A stretch of 64,000 nucleotides of DNA from Heptranchias perlo (Eukaryota). Made by a program: the position numbers and the translations under genes. This document shows positions 61,369-64,000 of this stretch, piece after piece. Each line of letters begins with the position of its first letter. Position 1 is the stretch's first letter. The stretch covers positions 47,802,001-47,866,000 of the forward strand of contig NC_090346.1 in NCBI RefSeq assembly GCF_035084215.1, written 5' to 3'. The notes beneath the pieces were generated by a model that was given only the letters and a program-made list of their open reading frames with translations, was not told the DNA's origin and ran no database searches.

Positions 61369-63684
61369 TAACTTGCTATAGGGTTAAATAGACAACACAC
61401 AATGCGTTATAATCTGAATCAAATTTGTTTCAACACTTTTTCCACCTATACCAATGTATAAAATTAATAAACAAAACCTTGCTCTTAAATCCTTTATGGC
61501 ACCTGTTAGAGATTCAACCACATTTGCTGCTTTTGATTTAATTACTGGTACTGTGTTTATAAACAGTGTAGCCAACTATGAAATCTTGTGTTAAGTGCCA
61601 TTCGTACGTGCTCTTCAAATGTACGTAGATCAGGACTGACAAAGTTTGTCCTTTATTGCCACTACAAATTACTTGCTGCTGGAGGCATAATTACTGATTG
61701 TCACATAGATATAACTAACACATACATTTCAAGCACAGTGAAAAAGGGAGCTGCACATTCACTGTGCCAGCAGTTTGTAACTATGCCCTCTGGGATCTGT
61801 AGCTTACATGAGGGCCAGATGAGTGGCTAATTACAACTCCCAAAGTACTTGCTATTAAATTCAGTGTGATTTCACTTGCCTAAGCAGTGTATGTTGCCAG
61901 GCTATTCAACTATGGGACAACATAGTCAACAGTGCTGACTCATGAGGTGAACATAGGAACAGGATTGGCCATTCAGCCCCTCAAGCCTGTTCTACCGTTC
62001 AATTAGATCATGGCTGATCTGTATTTTAACTCCATCGACCTGCTGTAGACTTTCATCTTAAGCCTCCTTGTGCCTTACCCAAGTGACTCTTCACACAAAG
62101 GCTAGACGATGATGATGTTTAGCCTATTCAACTGTGGGGCGGCATCACAGCTGACACAACTGTACACAATCACTTTCCAGGAGGAGTTGCTGGGTAACAG
62201 CAAAGGGGCAGAAACAGGCTTCCCTCCCCCCTCCTTTCCTACCCTAATGAGACCAATTAAAATGCTCCTGTCACTGCCCTGGCTGAGATCAGCTAACTCA
62301 ACATAAACCAGGGGTGAAACCTGGAACCTTCCTGATTTGTGTGGCTTGGTTTCACTTTGGGTGTTTCATTTACACATGAGCCATTCTCAAAGGGGGTCCT
62401 TTTTACTGTATCTGTCAGTGAAACTTGAAGTTACTGTATAACTGCTAAATTGACAGCACTAGCACTTTTTTATGCATATGGCATACATGACTGCTTCCTT
62501 ATAGTGGTGTATAATTTACATGAGAAACTTCATCTCCCTTTCTTGTGATTTGTGTTAGAGGCTGTGTTGCTTAGCAGTATCACTAGAAGTACAATAAGTT
62601 TTTTTTTAAAAAGGAATTTAACTGTAGAGGGCCAAGTACTTTACATGTAAGGAATTTATTCCGACATGGATGTTTTTCTTTATCCATTGAAATACTTGTC
62701 CCATATGGTGCTTGACGTAGCACCTACCATGATGCAATTGTCCCACTTAAGGGTTTCTCCACAGAGTCAAAAAACCACTCATTCTAGGAAAGCAGATTGA
62801 CCTCTTGACTGGCATCAAGCTGGAGCTGTTCTAATTTTAAATTTCCTGCTGTTTTGACTAGGACCCAAGTCATTTTATGGTCCTGTGCCCTACAACTGGG
62901 AGAAATTTTAAAAAGTAGGTGGTTTGAAATTGAATGCTGAAGAATACCTGCAAAGTATTTAACCATACACCTACATTCCCCCTCCCCCACACTTAAACCA
63001 GTTTTCCTACCCATCAACAACACAAGCAGTGAATAATTTGTGTCTTAATCTTTGAATGCAATGTTTAAATCTTCCCTTAATTTCACTGTTTCAGTTGGTT
63101 TATCTGGAGTCCTTTTTATTATACAGATATCAATATAAGGACCAGGGCTGGCCTTATCTTAATTCAGTTGAAACTGATAACTCATCCAGGGTTTGGATCT
63201 GATGCAACTAATTATGTGGCATTGTAAAAACATACCTAACTGTCTGTAAAGTTTATTCTGCTTATTAATCCCAAGGTACATATAGCTTGCTAATTTTAAG
63301 TTTAAATTACCTTTTGGCGGGTACAATATGGTATCATTGGTATTCAAGGACCTGGACATATGCAGATAATATTGAAATAGATTGCGTAAGGCAATCCATG
63401 AAGCAGCCAAGTCACAGATTGACCAATTGTCTCAAATGTGTTTGACAAATCCTTGTGACAACTTTGCAGCTCAAAAGTTAGAGCTTTAGCTCCTTGGCCA
63501 CATTTGATGAATGCATTATTAAATGAAGAAAATTCTGAAATTGAATAATGTCTTTGACATATATAATTTTTTTTAAAAACCCCACAGAAATTCCCATCAT
63601 AACTTTTGAATTTATTACAGTCGTGAAATAGCTTGCTAGTTGATTTCTAACACTAAATTTCTTTCATAACAAAACCAAAACTAG

Positions 63685-63796
63685 GTGCAAGAAAATGGTA
63701 CCTGCTTCGAAAAGATTCACCATCCATCGAGCTTCAAATGTGCTGACACTCTCTCTGAAACGCTTTGCTAACTTTACAGGTGGAAAGATCACAAAG
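63685..63796 (+). CDS. USP42: USP42 coding exon 8 (gene continues beyond the window)
   Basis: aactag|G...AAG|gtattt; [37 protein letters not shown]. Confidence 0.95.
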
Positions 63797-64000
63797 GTAT
63801 TTTGCAGTTTTGACAGTTCTATTCATCTTAATATCATAAGTGTTTGAGGCAAGAATTCTATTGGGTGGGGTGGGAGATTGTCTGCCTTGTTAGAGCATGT
63901 TAAAACATTCCATCCAGTGAATTGTCTTTGCTCTTTCAAAACCTCTAGCTTCTTTATACAGTTCTGACCATTTCCTCCTTACTTACCCCAACTTTTGCCT

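Overview
Vertebrate genomic DNA, very probably from a shark or other cartilaginous fish, judged from its repeat families. It holds the syntenic block AIMP2 (+, exons 2-4), EIF2AK1/HRI (-, all 15 coding exons, about 714-739 aa), ANKRD61 (+, 3 exons, 427 aa, nested antisense in EIF2AK1 intron 11) and USP42 (+, putative non-coding exon 1 plus 8 coding exons, continuing past the window). Exon boundaries were read by hand from GT/AG sites, and the phases join into open frames. Introns are full of CR1, L2 and CR1/L2-group LINE fragments, Deu-domain SINEs and LF-SINE-like SINEs. The most striking non-genic signal is a family of five short (about 90-280 bp) fold-back elements. Four have 11-13 bp target-site duplications, and the family carries a minimal type I hammerhead ribozyme motif (CUGANGA-stem II-GAAA-GC-UU) with a compensatory base change between subfamilies. 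These are interpreted as non-autonomous or truncated Penelope-like retroelements. Other notable points: a SOCS-box-like C-terminus on ANKRD61, altered heme-ligand motifs and a duplicated C-terminal coiled coil in HRI, and a compact repeat-filled divergent promoter between EIF2AK1 and USP42. Repeat coordinates are approximate, and family names come from recognition rather than a database search.
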